From Octopus vulgaris (lineage: Eukaryota), in NCBI GenBank assembly GCA_951406725.2, contig OX597828.1, forward strand, positions 71,238,001-71,302,000: a DNA stretch of 64,000 bases, in the 5' to 3' direction. Positions 1-12,407 of this stretch are shown piece by piece. The position numbers and the translations under genes are program-made. Under the pieces are notes generated by a model that saw only the letters and a list, made by a program, of their open reading frames with translations, searched no databases and was not told where the DNA came from. The stretch's first letter is position 1; each line of letters begins with the position of its first letter.

Positions 1-1872
1 CTTTCTCTCTCTCTCTCTCTCTCTCTGTTTGAAAACCTAAACTTAATCAAATACAACTTGCTACTGGCCTGTTTAGCGTGTGTGTGTGTGTGTGTGTGTG
101 TTTGGCTTTTAACCTATCATTAAAGAACCCAGATCAATAATTGGTACTTGTTGCACTGAATGAAATGATAACGTTGCTGCTCTCCTATAGTTTGGTTGAA
201 GCAGGTGGAAAGAAGGTAAGCTTAATCCTGTATAATGTCAGAACTGATCTGCCTACCTGTGTAGGCAGTTCTGTATACAGGTGAACATGATCAAAAACAT
301 AAGATATTGAACAGTTCGACTGATTTGTGCCAAGAGATTATCACAGTTTACTGACAGATATTGTGGGTTGGATGTTCTTTGAGATCATCATTATTGATGT
401 TTAATATCCACTTTTCTATGCTTGCTTGTGTTCAGAAAACTGCTGTTGGCTGCCGTAATAGGAGAGCTGCTCTATTAGATCTCATGTTCTCACCATTTAC
501 AATGGCCTTTTGTGGCATCTCTTGAACCTTCTTGGACTGAAGAAAAGCAACATGTTCAGTCCCAGATCAGTTTTGATTGGTCAGATCTAAGTTCAGATGT
601 TCCACCCATAGCCATCACATATATTCTTCAGATGTAGTATATCTTGGACTACATTATCCAGTGTACCCTTTCTAATTTAAGATTAGAATGTAATTTGAAA
701 GAAGTTTTGGCTGCTATTTTTAGCATGTTGAGTGACCGCATAAAGCTTCCTCATCAGCTCGCAGTGTAATAATAGTTGTTTAACCCCCACGGTCATCCCT
801 GATCTAGCACTCATATAATCAACCATTCCAACTCTGACCATCACAACTTCTTAGTAAATCAAGAAATACATTATCCAATTTGTCCTTCTTTTAAATGTTA
901 AGGTATGGTTCAAGAAAATGTGCCTGCTATTTCTAGCACATCAGACAACCTTAGTAGAAACTCCATGTTACACTGATAACTGTTGTGATGATTAAGAAGA
1001 AGTTAAAATGTTCAACTGGAACCAAGGCATTTGTCACAGAATCAGTGTGATAACAGTTTACCTTCTCGCTATACCATAGTCCCAGTTCCATACTAGTGTG
1101 TCTCTACACCAGACATGGGAAATTTTATTCGAGAGGGGGGTCACGTGAGACATGGCTCATCCTCAGGCAGGCTGCATTACTAAAATGAAACTCAAAGTAA
1201 TTTTTGTTTTTTATGGTGTGCCATCCAAAATGTACCACTGGCACAATTTGCTCATGGCTGAATTACACCATACCACTGTTTCTGTGTTGCAACACCTACC
1301 GGTGCTCCATTCCACCCCAGTCACATGGTTCTGGGTTCAATCCCTCTGTGTGGCATCTTGGACAAGTGTCTTCTATTATGGCCTCGGGCTAACCGAAGCT
1401 ATGGGAATAGATTTGATAGATGGAAACTGAAAGAAGTCTGTCATGTGTGGTGGGGCAGTTGTCCACCCACCACTGTTTGACAACTGGTGTTGGTGTGTTT
1501 ATGTCCCTTGTAACTTAGTGGTTTGGCAAAAGAGATTGATAGAATAAGTACCACACTTTGAAAAAAATAGATAAATAGGGAGTTGATTCATTCAACTAAG
1601 AATTCTTCAAGATGATGCCCCAGCATGGCCACAGTGTAATGACTGAAACAAGTAAAAGATAAAAAAAGATTCATTTATTCAGAAAATAGAAAGGAATCCT
1701 TAATAAGATTTACTGAAGCATGAAGGGAAACTTGTGGGTAGGAGAGCCACAACAAAACTTTTTACATGGCCCTGGCACAGGTGCTCCTCACATGGCCCTG
1801 GATGACATAATTAGTGGTAATTATTGTGTGCTTGAAGTTGTTGTTTAACCACAGGTCAGTCTTCATACAGAA

Positions 1873-2272
1873 GGCGGTGAGCTGGCAGAAATGTTAGCAT
1901 GCTGGGTGAAATGCTTTACGGTATTTCGTCTGTCTTTACGTTCCAAGTTCAAATTCTACCGAGGTTGACTTTGCCTTTCATCTTTTCGGGGTCGATTAAA
2001 TAAGTACCAGTTACGCACTGGGGTCGATGTAATCGACTTAATCCGTTTGTCTGTCCTTGTTTGTTCTCTCTGTGTTTAGCCCCTTGCAGGTAGTAAAGGA
2101 ATAGGTATTTCATCTGTCTTTACGTTCCAAGTTCAAATTCCACTGAGGTCAACTTTGCCTTTCATCCTTTCGGGGTCAATAAATTAAGTACCAGTTATGC
2201 ACTGGGGTCGTTGTAATCGACTTAATTCCTTTGTCTCTCCTTGTTTGTCCCCTCTATATTTAGCTCCTTGTG
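1873..2272 (+). mobile_element. SINE family B (gagctggcagaa head; ctttgcctttcatcctttcggggtcgat core) with internal tandem partial duplication
   Basis: B-box-like gttcaaattcc; the body is repeated at 2104-2272. Other copies at about 7845-8051-, 37598-37790+, 43240-43450+, 55780-55965+, 61925-62110+, 62165-62370+. Confidence 0.8.
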
Positions 2273-5074
2273 AGTGCGTAATCAATTAGAACTACATGGT
2301 CCAGTGTGCCCTTCCTCTTTATTCAAGATGGTATGGATTGAGGAAGATTTGGCTGCTGCTTCTTGTTGCTTGAATGACTGCATAAAGGCTCTCCTGTTGA
2401 CTTGTTTAAGCAGTTGCATTAATCTTTCTACAAAATATGAGGCATGTGTAATGGAGTGGGTGGGGTAGTGTAGGAGGGTGGCTGTAGAGGAAATGGTGGG
2501 GTGGGTGTTAGATGTGTGATGGTGTACGGTAGAAGATGAAGATGAAGAGAGGATGTAACGGCCTGATTGAGGCTGGTATGAGAAGTGTGATGTGGGGGCA
2601 GATGGAGGTAAACAGCAACAAAGATGGAAGTAATGCAAGAGAAATGAGTCAAATATATTTGATGTTGATGATAAACTTGTAAGAAAGGTCAAGTGCAAGA
2701 GAGTTGAGATAATGCGATTAGGAGGGAGAGAAAGAGAGAGAGAGAGACACATGTTGATATGGACATGTCATATGACTTGATATGCTTCTGTCTAATACAC
2801 ACACACATGTACATGTGTGGGGTGGGTATGGAGATTGTTGTAATTTTCTGATTGCTTAGCTTAAATCTCTCTGAAGTCCCTTACACAATTCTACAGTTGA
2901 GATGGTCCCATTTCCAAACAACTCGTGTTGGAGAGAAATCTCTGTAGCAGAGAATCCATTACTAATGAATGTTCTTAATTACATACAAAAACAACAACAG
3001 CAAAACGTTATCAGAAGGAAGAACTCAATACAGGAAGGGTTAGAATTTATTAAAAACCAAACAATAGAAAAACTGATAGTCTCTTCAAAGCTTCACCGAG
3101 TCTGCTTTTTGCAAACTGCAAGAATGGATTTAGGAATTTTTGTATGAATATGTGAGGGGTTTAAGAAGATGGAGCAAAAGAAGCTGAAAGATGAAGTATA
3201 ATGATGGAGGAAAGAAAAGTAAAATGATTAATCTTCTTTCTAAACCCCTTACATTCATTTTGGTAACGAGTCCCAATTCCGTCTTGAACCCTTTTATTAT
3301 TGACCTATCTCAGGCCAAACCCTGGTTCTATGACACAAATGTCCTGTTTTAAAACAATCCAAATTAAAACCCTTTCGTCTAATTTTCCTGTTAATTTCTG
3401 GTTGAAACTCTTGCTTAGTTTATGAGAGTCATTTCATCGTTCTGTTTATCTTTTACTTGTTTCAGTCATGAGACTGTCGCCATGCTGGAGCAATGCCCTG
3501 AAGAATTTTTACGTGAATGAATCAACCCCACCAGGACTTATTTTTCGTTTTTTAAGCCTGGTACTTACTCTATTGGTCTTTTTTGCCAAACTGCTACGTC
3601 ACAGGGACGTAAACACACCAACACCACCAGTTGTCAAGTGGTGGTGGAGGACAAACACACACACACACACACATATGCATTTACATTGGGCTTCTTTCAG
3701 TTTCCATCCACACAGAAAGCTCTGGTTGGCCTGAAGCTACACAAGAAGGCATTTGCCCAAGGTGCCATGCAGTGGAACTGAACCCAGAACCATGTGGTTG
3801 GGAAGTGTGCTTCTTCAAAATTAATTGGAACAAAGTCAGTGTATTTCAGCAGAAATATGGAAGCAAAATGGTTACAGTTTGGTTACCCTTGTGGGGTAAT
3901 CTTCGTGAAACTTTGAACATGCTATGTTAGGGAATGTAGAACTTTCAGGAACATTTGTAATTTTCAACAAGATGGTAAGAATTCGTCATCAATTGATGTT
4001 TGTTTTTTTCCATGTTTGTATTGGTTGGACAGTTTTTATAGAATCTGGTGAGTCAGAGAGTTGCGTCAGGCTCCAGTGTCAACTTTGGCATGGCATCTAT
4101 GGCTGGATGCCTTTCCTAACACCAATGACCGCAATGTGTGTTGGTGTTATCATTCCACACCGGCACTGGTGAGGTTGCCAAGTAACTTGCAAGAGGGGAA
4201 AAGGAAAAGAAAGCCCCCTTGACTAAGCTTGACGGTGGGAGGGAGGGGGGAGCATCTGAAAGGGAGAAATGGCTCAATGCCAGGTGTTGGGGTGGGGGTT
4301 AAAGTATGAGACAAGGACATACACAAGTGTGTTGCTATAGTGAAGATATATGGCTGCTCTGCATTGTACAAAGGTGGATGGGAGTAGCTGGGAAGAAGAT
4401 GAGGTGGTTGGTGATATGGTGGCAGAATAAGCCCTCAAGTATATGTGATATATGTATGGTCGGGGGGGGGGGCCATGCAGTCAGTAGTTATGTGTTTGTT
4501 GTCACGTCGACAGTGTACACGTAGATTTTTAAGTATGAAGACCTGCCAATCATTTGGAGTTTCAAGTAATTCTCTTCTGAGTAAACCTGTCATTTCACGT
4601 AGCTTTGTTTTGTTTCTTTGTATCCAGAAGCAATGTTTTTATAATTTAAATGCTGTCATTGCATACTTGAAATATTATAAATCTGAGTGGGAGGTGAGTT
4701 TGTCTTTCTTAAAGTAAGCTTATTGCAATGACATCTTCATTTCAAATGAAACAAAAATTTAGTCGTTCATACAAAAACATGGTAAAACAGCATCGACTCT
4801 TTTGTGTAAAATGTCTGGCCAAAAAGTTGTCAGGCAACTTGTGTTGTGTTTGTGTCTGCATGGGTGATACATTTAGAGCAAAAGGTATGTTTAGAGTAAG
4901 AGGTATGCCAACTCTAAGGTTGAATTTTGGAAATGAACTAATGAAGGACATCTGCTATTTTCAAGGCTAGATTGTGTAACATTTGCCTTTTTTTTTCTTT
5001 CTTTTTTTCCCTCCAAGTTCTTCATTTAATTCAAATTAACTTAGACAAATGCTTCGAGGAGGAGTGTAAAGAAC

Positions 5075-5105
5075 ATGGGCTGTGCTGGCTCGGCTGGTTT
5101 TGTGG
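5075..5105 (+). CDS. Candidate alternative first coding exon (exon about 5018-5105) encoding MGCAGSAGFV, phase-compatible with kinase exon 2
   Basis: About 30-nt polypyrimidine tract plus aag at 5017; in-frame TAG at 5042; Kozak AACATGG; donor tgg|gtgaga in phase 1. Confidence 0.5.
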
Positions 5106-5914
5106 GTGAGAGATTTCTCACTTAGGAAATGTGCGAAGGATGTCTTCGATTTTTCCAGTAAAGTCAGACATCTTGTCTTTTGTCTGTTTGATTTATGGAA
5201 ATAAACATCTTTAGAAACAGGAAGAGCATTAGCAAAAGAAAACGATCTTGGTAGACGCCTAGCTAATTTATATTTGCTTTCTAATCAATTTTGAAATCTC
5301 ATTAATTCTCAGATTTTTTTCTCTGTTGGTCTGCAGAATGGATTCTTTCGCTTGGTTCTATTATTATTTTCCACTGGAATTATGAACATATTTAAAATAT
5401 TTTTGCCTTGTTTACATACTTCTAAGAGAAAAATGTTGCTGCAAGTCAAAATGGAGAAAATTTTTCTTTCTGCTAAAAACGTCTGAAGTCAAGTTTCCAT
5501 GTAATTTGTCAGCCAATTCTCATTTCCGAATCGATAAAACTTGAAGTGAATTTAAAATGCTGAAGAGGAGGAGAGAGGAAAAAGTCTTTGGAAAATATCA
5601 GGTTAAGAATTTCTGTCTAACTATGTGTTTTATTTAATAAAAGAATATAAGTCGCTACCATTACTGCTATTACTGCTGCTGTTGCCGTTCCATGACCAAC
5701 AAGCTGGTAGTTATAGAATATGAAGAATTACCGTTGTCTTCATTGCTCTGTTAGCTTAAATTTAGAAAAACCAGAAATAGAGGGAGGATGGAATAATCTC
5801 CAGCCAATTGTTGATCTAAATCGTTTGCTGGAAGAAACTACCCATCACTGAATCAGATTATATTTCCACTGATGCTATTGTTTGTCAATAAAGCAGAGAT
5901 AGGGCAATGTTGTA

Positions 5915-6250
5915 TACAATTACAGTGTGTATATTGTTAATATGTAATTACAGAGTGTGAGTATTGTAAATATATAAATACATAGTGCATATATTATTGT
6001 ATGTAATTTGCGTGTATATGTTATAAATATTATGCAATAGCAGTGTGTGTATATATTAACTTAATGTAATTAGTGCATTATGTAATTACAATATATTATC
6101 TAATTATAATGTGTATGTATTATTAATCTTATATAATTTCAGTTTGCATATATTAACTTACATAATTAGAGTGTGTGTATTATATAATTACAATGTATAT
6201 ATTATCTAATTACAGAGTGTATATGCTGTTAGTGTTACGTAATGATTCTG
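5915..6250. repeat. Degenerate AT-rich tandem repeat (taattacagtgtgtatatt..)
   Basis: taattaca/gtgtgtatat recurs at roughly 25-30 bp spacing. Confidence 0.65.
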
Positions 6251-6668
6251 TTTTAATATAGAATTGTGCTTTTTTTTTCACTAAATATTTGATAAAGATT
6301 TCATCAGTGAAGCTTATGACACTGATAGTTTTTGTTTTGTTTTTTTAATTTCTACATTATATAGGAACATGTGTGTGTGTATGTGTGTGTCTGGAGAAGT
6401 ACTTAGCTGATCTGTTTATCAAAGCTCTGATTTGAACACCTGTTTGTTTCCCCCCATAAATATAAGCTATCTTCATATACGTTTCAGGTTTGTTTCACCA
6501 TCTGATAAGAAACGGTTCTGCCGTCTGGGTAGGAGGAGGGCTGGGTGTTGGGAGAGGTCAATAGTCACTGAAGTTATTCACTACCAAATATATATATTAT
6601 GTAAAACTTTACATTCTTAATTACTCCACTGATTAAATTACTCGTTTCAAAGGGAGGGCTTTTTGGCA

Positions 6669-6695
6669 TGACGTCACAAGATCCTGTCACATGAC
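6669..6695. promoter_or_regulatory. Full CRE (TGACGTCA) next to an M-box/USF-like E-box (GTCACATGAC)
   Basis: Both motifs within 27 bp in non-repeat DNA upstream of the kinase; motif match only. Confidence 0.35.
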
Positions 6696-8120
6696 TGTTA
6701 CAGTGATATCTTGTTATTGTAGCGTCAGGTTTGTAATAGCATCAGCCGTGGTGTGATGGTTCTTTTCTTCAGTCAGCATCTCTATTTTCATGACTAATCT
6801 CTGATATTTACTAAACTACCAAGAAATATTTCTGATATTTAAAACTGCATTCTTCACGGTGAATTCTCTGTGATGTGAAGATATTTCTTGCAGAGCAGCC
6901 ATCAACCTTAAAAAGAGGCAAGATGTGCAGTTTTAAAAGATCTTCATTGAAACCAAATTGGTAATTAGGAAGACAACTCTGGGTAGATTTCTGGAGATAA
7001 TAAAACTAATAATAATTCTCTCCAATGTTTGTGTATTTTTATCAGTCACATAAAATGGTTTCTCTTTTATTTGTTTACAGTCTTTGGACTGTGGCCATAC
7101 TGGGGCAGTGCTTTGAAGGGGTTTTAGTCAAATTGGTGTTGGTGCCACATAGAAAGCATCCCCATACACTCAGTAAAGTGGTTGGCATTTGGAAGGACAT
7201 CTAGCCATAGAAACCATGTCAAAACAGACAGTGGAACCTTGAGCAGCTCCTGGCCTTGCCAGCTTCTGTCAAACTGTCCAACCCATGCCAGCATGGAAAA
7301 TGGAATTTAATTGCTGATGAATTTGTATCAGTACTTTTTTTTTTTTTGATGTCTGGTATTTATTCTATCTCTTTTGTGAAGGGGATGTAAACAAACCAAC
7401 ATCAGTTGTGAAGCAGTGTGTATGGGAGATAAACACAAAGGCTTAGGCACACGCACAATCACACAACAGGCTTCCACACTTTCTGTCTACCAAATTGACA
7501 CACAAGGCATTGGTCAGTCTGTGTCAGTAGCAGAAAACATTTGTCCAAGATGCCATGGAGTGGGACTGAACCGAAAACCATACCCTTCATTGCAAAGAGG
7601 CCTTCTTAGCACACAACTATATCTCTCTATATCCTATGTCTATATTCTTTGCCTCAGGTTAACAAACAATTGTGTCTACTCTTCCCCCACTCCCACAACA
7701 AGTTTGTTTTATATCCTGGAATTTTCAGGAGGGAAATACTAAGGTTGTTTCCGTGTTATATTCCTTTGGATGTCATTTTACAAGATACCATTTCGTCCAG
7801 TCTATTTCACTCTGAATATCTTTCACTGATGTATATACTTTTCTAATCTAAGCACAAGGCCCGAAATTTGGAAGGAGGGGGCCAGTCGATTAGATTGATC
7901 CCAGTACACAACTGGTACTTAATATATCGACCCCGAAAGGATGAAATGCAAAGTCGACCTCAGCAGAATTTGAACTCAGAACATAAAAACAGACGAAATA
8001 CTGCTAAGCATTTTGCCCGGCATGCTAACGTTTCTGCCAGCTTGCCACCTTACTGCTGTATATTAGTGAAGGATGGAGTTGCCTTTTGTGAATAAAGGTC
8101 CTCATAACATTTGTGTCCTA

Positions 8121-8291
8121 GGCACAGGAGTGGCTGTGTGGTAAGTAGCTTGCTTACTAACCACTTGGTTCCAGGTTCAGTCCCACTGCATGGCACCTTG
8201 GGCAACTGTCTTCTACTATAGCCTCGGACCGACCAAAGCCTTGTGAGTGGATTTGGTAGACGGAAACTGAAAGAAGCCCATCGTATTTATG

Positions 8292-8332
<41 letters not shown>

Positions 8333-8533
8333 TTGTGAGTCTGTATTTGTCCCCCCCAACATTGCTTGACAACCGATGCTGGTGTGTTTACATCCCCGTA
8401 AATTAGCAGTTCGGCAAAAGATCCAATAGAATAAGTACTAGGCTTACAAAGAATAAGTCCTGGGGTCGATTTGCTCAACTAAAGGTGGTGCTCCAGCATG
8501 ACCACAGTCAAATGACTGAAATAAGTAAAAGAG
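8121..8533 (+). mobile_element. tRNA-headed SINE family A, full length
   Basis: A-box (tggctgtgtggtaag), B-box (ggttcagtccc), ccttgggcaa core, internal (TA)/(TG)n, tail gactgaaacaagtaaaag. Other copies at about 1310-1660+, 3450-3810-, 8860-9190+, 13283-13915+, 25470-25810-, 31105-31972-, 34742-34995+. Confidence 0.85.
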
Positions 8534-9327
8534 TGGGGATTTCATGGTTGATGCCAGGACTGCCTGACTGATCCTAGTGCTGGTGGCATGTAAAAAGCAC
8601 CTATTGCACTCTTGGAGTGGTTGGCATGAGGAAAGGCATCCAGCTGTAGAAACCTTGCCAGATTAGATTGGAGCCTGGTACATCCAAACCATTCAACCCA
8701 TGCTGGCATGGAAAGCGGACATTAAACGACGATGATGGTGATGATGGATTGACCAATTGGAGAATTGTAAGCCATAGAGGCCAATGCTTCACAATTGCTA
8801 CATAAGATAAACTGAGTTTATTTCTGTACTCTAGGTGCAGACATAGCTCTGTGGTTAGGAAGATTACTTTGCAACTATATGGTCTCAGGTTCAGTCCTAC
8901 CGCTTGGCACCTTGGGCAAATGTCATCTATATTCCCAGCCAAACCAATGCCTTGTAAGTAAATTTGGCTGATGGAAACCGTGTGGAAGCCCATTTTGTGT
9001 GTGTGTATTTGTGTTTGTCTCCTCTCCACTTGACAACTGTTGTTTTGTTTGTGATTCCATAGGAGTTTGGCAAACAAAACTGAGAGTGAAAGTTCCAAAC
9101 TTGAAAATAAGTTCTGGGGTTGATATGTTTAACTAAATCCTTCAAGATGGTGCCCCAGCATGACCGTAGCCCAGTGATTGTAACAGGTTAAAAAGAAAAA
9201 AAGGTGAAAGACAAGTTATCACCCCGTTTTTCTTTCCACTCCTCAAAGACTCCCAGGGCACCCTCATAAAACCTCCCTCATGTTCCTTCGTCTTTCTTCT
9301 CTAATCTCACCCATTGAAACTATAATT

Positions 9328-9610
9328 CATCATCATCATCATCGTTTAACGTCCGCTTTCCATGCTGGCATGGGTTGGACGATTTTGACTGAGGGCTGGT
9401 GAACCAGATGGCTGCACCAGGCTCCAATCTTGATCTGGCAACGTTTCTACAGCTGGATGCCCTTCCTAACGCCAACCACTCCGAGAGTGTAGTGGGTGCT
9501 TTTTACGTGCCACTGGCACGGGGGCCAGTCAAGCAGTACTGGCAACGACCTTGCTCGAATCTTTTTACACATGCCACCAGCACAGATGCCAGTAAGGCAA
9601 CGTTGGTAAC
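9328..9610 (-). mobile_element. Family C: 3' end of a probable RTE-type LINE (or derived SINE) with (GAT)n tail
   Basis: catcatcatcgtttaacgtccgctttccatgctggcatgggttggac..ggatgcccttcctaacgccaaccac. Copies at about 8540-8745+, 13455-13697+, 16365-16510-, 23134-23311+, 34345-34650-, 45975-46205+; a more 5' part lies at 36340-36637-. Confidence 0.7.
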
Positions 9611-12367
9611 GATTCAGTGAAAGATCAATTTTTTATTGATAGCCTATAAGAAATACTAACTTGGTAATGTCTCTCATTTCTTTAAACTTTACACATCTGT
9701 TACATTAACTCACTGACAAGGTTTAATCCACTTCTGTTCAAGGGTCAAATCACACAATGAAAATGGTTGTGGAATCCCAGATTCCACATTAAATTAATTA
9801 ACCATTTTAATTGTGGAAATCAGATGTATTCTCTCAAAATTTCATTACCCTTAACTGTGGAGAGCAGTTTTATATACCAAGCTTTTTTTCCTCACTAGCT
9901 TGACTAATTGGTGTTAAAGTGCTCAGCTGAAATGGTCAGTTTAATATATGTTGGTTCCATATTGAAATGTGCCATGATTCACTTCTTGATGTTACTAAAT
10001 TCTTTACTATTTTCGAAATTAATTGCAACAAAGGCAATTGCAAAAACCAGAAATATGGTAACAAAAAGGGTTTTAAAAAATTGATTTATTCTTCTATTTT
10101 TTAGTCAGAAGGCAAAGCAGTGTCTGTGACTCTTTGCAGGGTCTCCAAGCTGGTGGAAGCAAGGGAGGGAAGAAGGTAACAAAAGAGTAGATTCTTAAAC
10201 GTACCCAAAATCCAGAGGGTGGGTGTCAAACATAGGTGCAATCTAAGTAGGCCATGACAGGATTTGAACTCTGAATGCAAATGTTTGAAGTAAATACTGC
10301 AAAGCAACATGTCCAATGTTCTAATGGTTTTACCAGCCCACAGCACTTGTCTGGTATTATTTTATCAACTCTGGAAGAATGAAAGGCAAAATTGAGATCT
10401 GAGCTTCGGTATACAACTGGCTGGCACTCTGTCATTTGTGACGACCTGGGTTCCAGCTGATCCAATCAGTGGAAGAGCCTGCTTGGGAAGTTAACGTGCA
10501 AGTGGCCGAGTGCTCAACAGGTGTAAATGTAATATCCGAAACATAGTTCTCAGGGCAATTCAGTGTGACACAGAATGTGACATGGTTGGCTCCTTGAAAC
10601 ACAAGTACAACTCATTTTTGCCAGCTGAGTGGACTGGAGCAACATGAAATAGAGTGTCTTGCTTAAGAACACAATGTACCACCGGGAATGAAACTCACAA
10701 CTTCACAATCCTGAGCTGAATGCCATAACCGCTAAGCCACACAAAAAGCCATAATAATACTGTTACACATTTCATGATGTGCTGACAACTCTGCCAGTTC
10801 ACTTCCTAATTTAGCTACAGCCCTTAATTAAAATGTGATTCATGACTGTGTGTGTGTGTGTGTGTGGTGAGGGGTCTCTTAGGGGGTTTTTTGTTACCTT
10901 TTTTTGAATTGTTATCTTTGAACAGGCAACAAACTGAAGCGTGTGTCAGTTTCCATCTTGTGATGTCATCCCAGCATGACTGTTTCCCCAGCCACCCAGA
11001 TGCTGGGACCGCTTAATGTTACTGGCGGCTGCTGATAACCCCTCCAAGATTATGTGGTGCAACTCCTCTATCTAACTGGGACACTGACAAACCTCATAGA
11101 TAACTGTCGAAAATTGTTCCCAGAATTGTACAGTGCTGATTTAACTATCTCTGCTGCCTACTGCCATTCTTTCTTCAACAGTAAAGGCCCTTGCTCTTCC
11201 AACTGTACCAACTTTATCAGTTTAACTGTCTTTATCAGTTGCTTGACCTGCTAGATATAGCAGCCAAATCTTACCGTTTCAAACGAGACGTTCCTACACA
11301 AGCTTCAAAAGACAGGATTGTCATGGCTGGAATGTCTTTGATTGTAAGTTTGTTCAGTTGACCTGGAGCTAGAAAACAGCAACTTAATACTTTTCAGTGG
11401 GTGTGGTGGTACTGTTTTACTATATCTCACCTATTTGCTATGTGACTACATGACTGTGTGACACACAGACACACAGACCTTGCCCCGCCCCCCCCCGCCT
11501 CTTCTCCACTTAGTAATGGACAACTTTTTAATAACTTGTTCAGGTTTTACAAAGTTTTTCTTTGTCGAGATCACATTGATAGTTTTAATCAACAGTGAAA
11601 TGGTGAGACTCATCATAGTTGATGCTTTGATCCTTGGTGATGAGTCACTCTCTGATCCTCACAATTGACCTACAGACTGTCTGGTCCTCACAGAAAGCTC
11701 TTGTTGAAATAAAATGTGTACGGATATGACCACCATAAAACTGTCATGATGAATGATTACACATTTCAGTTGGCCAACAACATGAAATTGCAGATTATTT
11801 TGTTAGATTATCCTTGTTAGGAGATGATGTTAGGTGGGTTGGTATAAAAAGAGCTAAAAGGACTATGAACATTGTTACCAGGATTTTGGAGACCTTCCTG
11901 GACCTTGGAACATTCATGGTAAGGAAAGCTGCCTTGTTAAGGAAGGCAGGGACTACAGAAAAATCTTCCGCATTGACATTATTGTCTAACTCCCAGGTCA
12001 CCCTTGATCAAGCAGACCTATGAACGAACCATGACCATCCTGTTTGTTCAGAAGTGGAGAGGAATATGATTAACACTATATTATCCAGGTGTCCTTTCTT
12101 TTTCTAAAACAGTAGGGGTGTGATTTGAATGGAGAGGGATTTGGCTGTTGCTACTAGCACGTCAGGCTCCCTTGTTTGTTGGTGTTCTGTTATGGTGGAG
12201 TTGTTTACTTGAGTCAGTTTTAAGTTTCTGTAATTCAACACTAAATGTATCACCTTTTTGAAATACCCTGGTACACAAGCGAGATTAGTTGGCAGATAAA
12301 TTCCTCAAGTGAAATCTCAGTTAGATAGTCAGCTGTAATTCTCGAGACCCAACACACACGCGTGCGT

Positions 12368-12407
<40 letters not shown>

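Noticed and set aside
8121-8200. tRNA-like A/B boxes
   Set aside because: SINE heads with many diverged copies and no complete cloverleaf.
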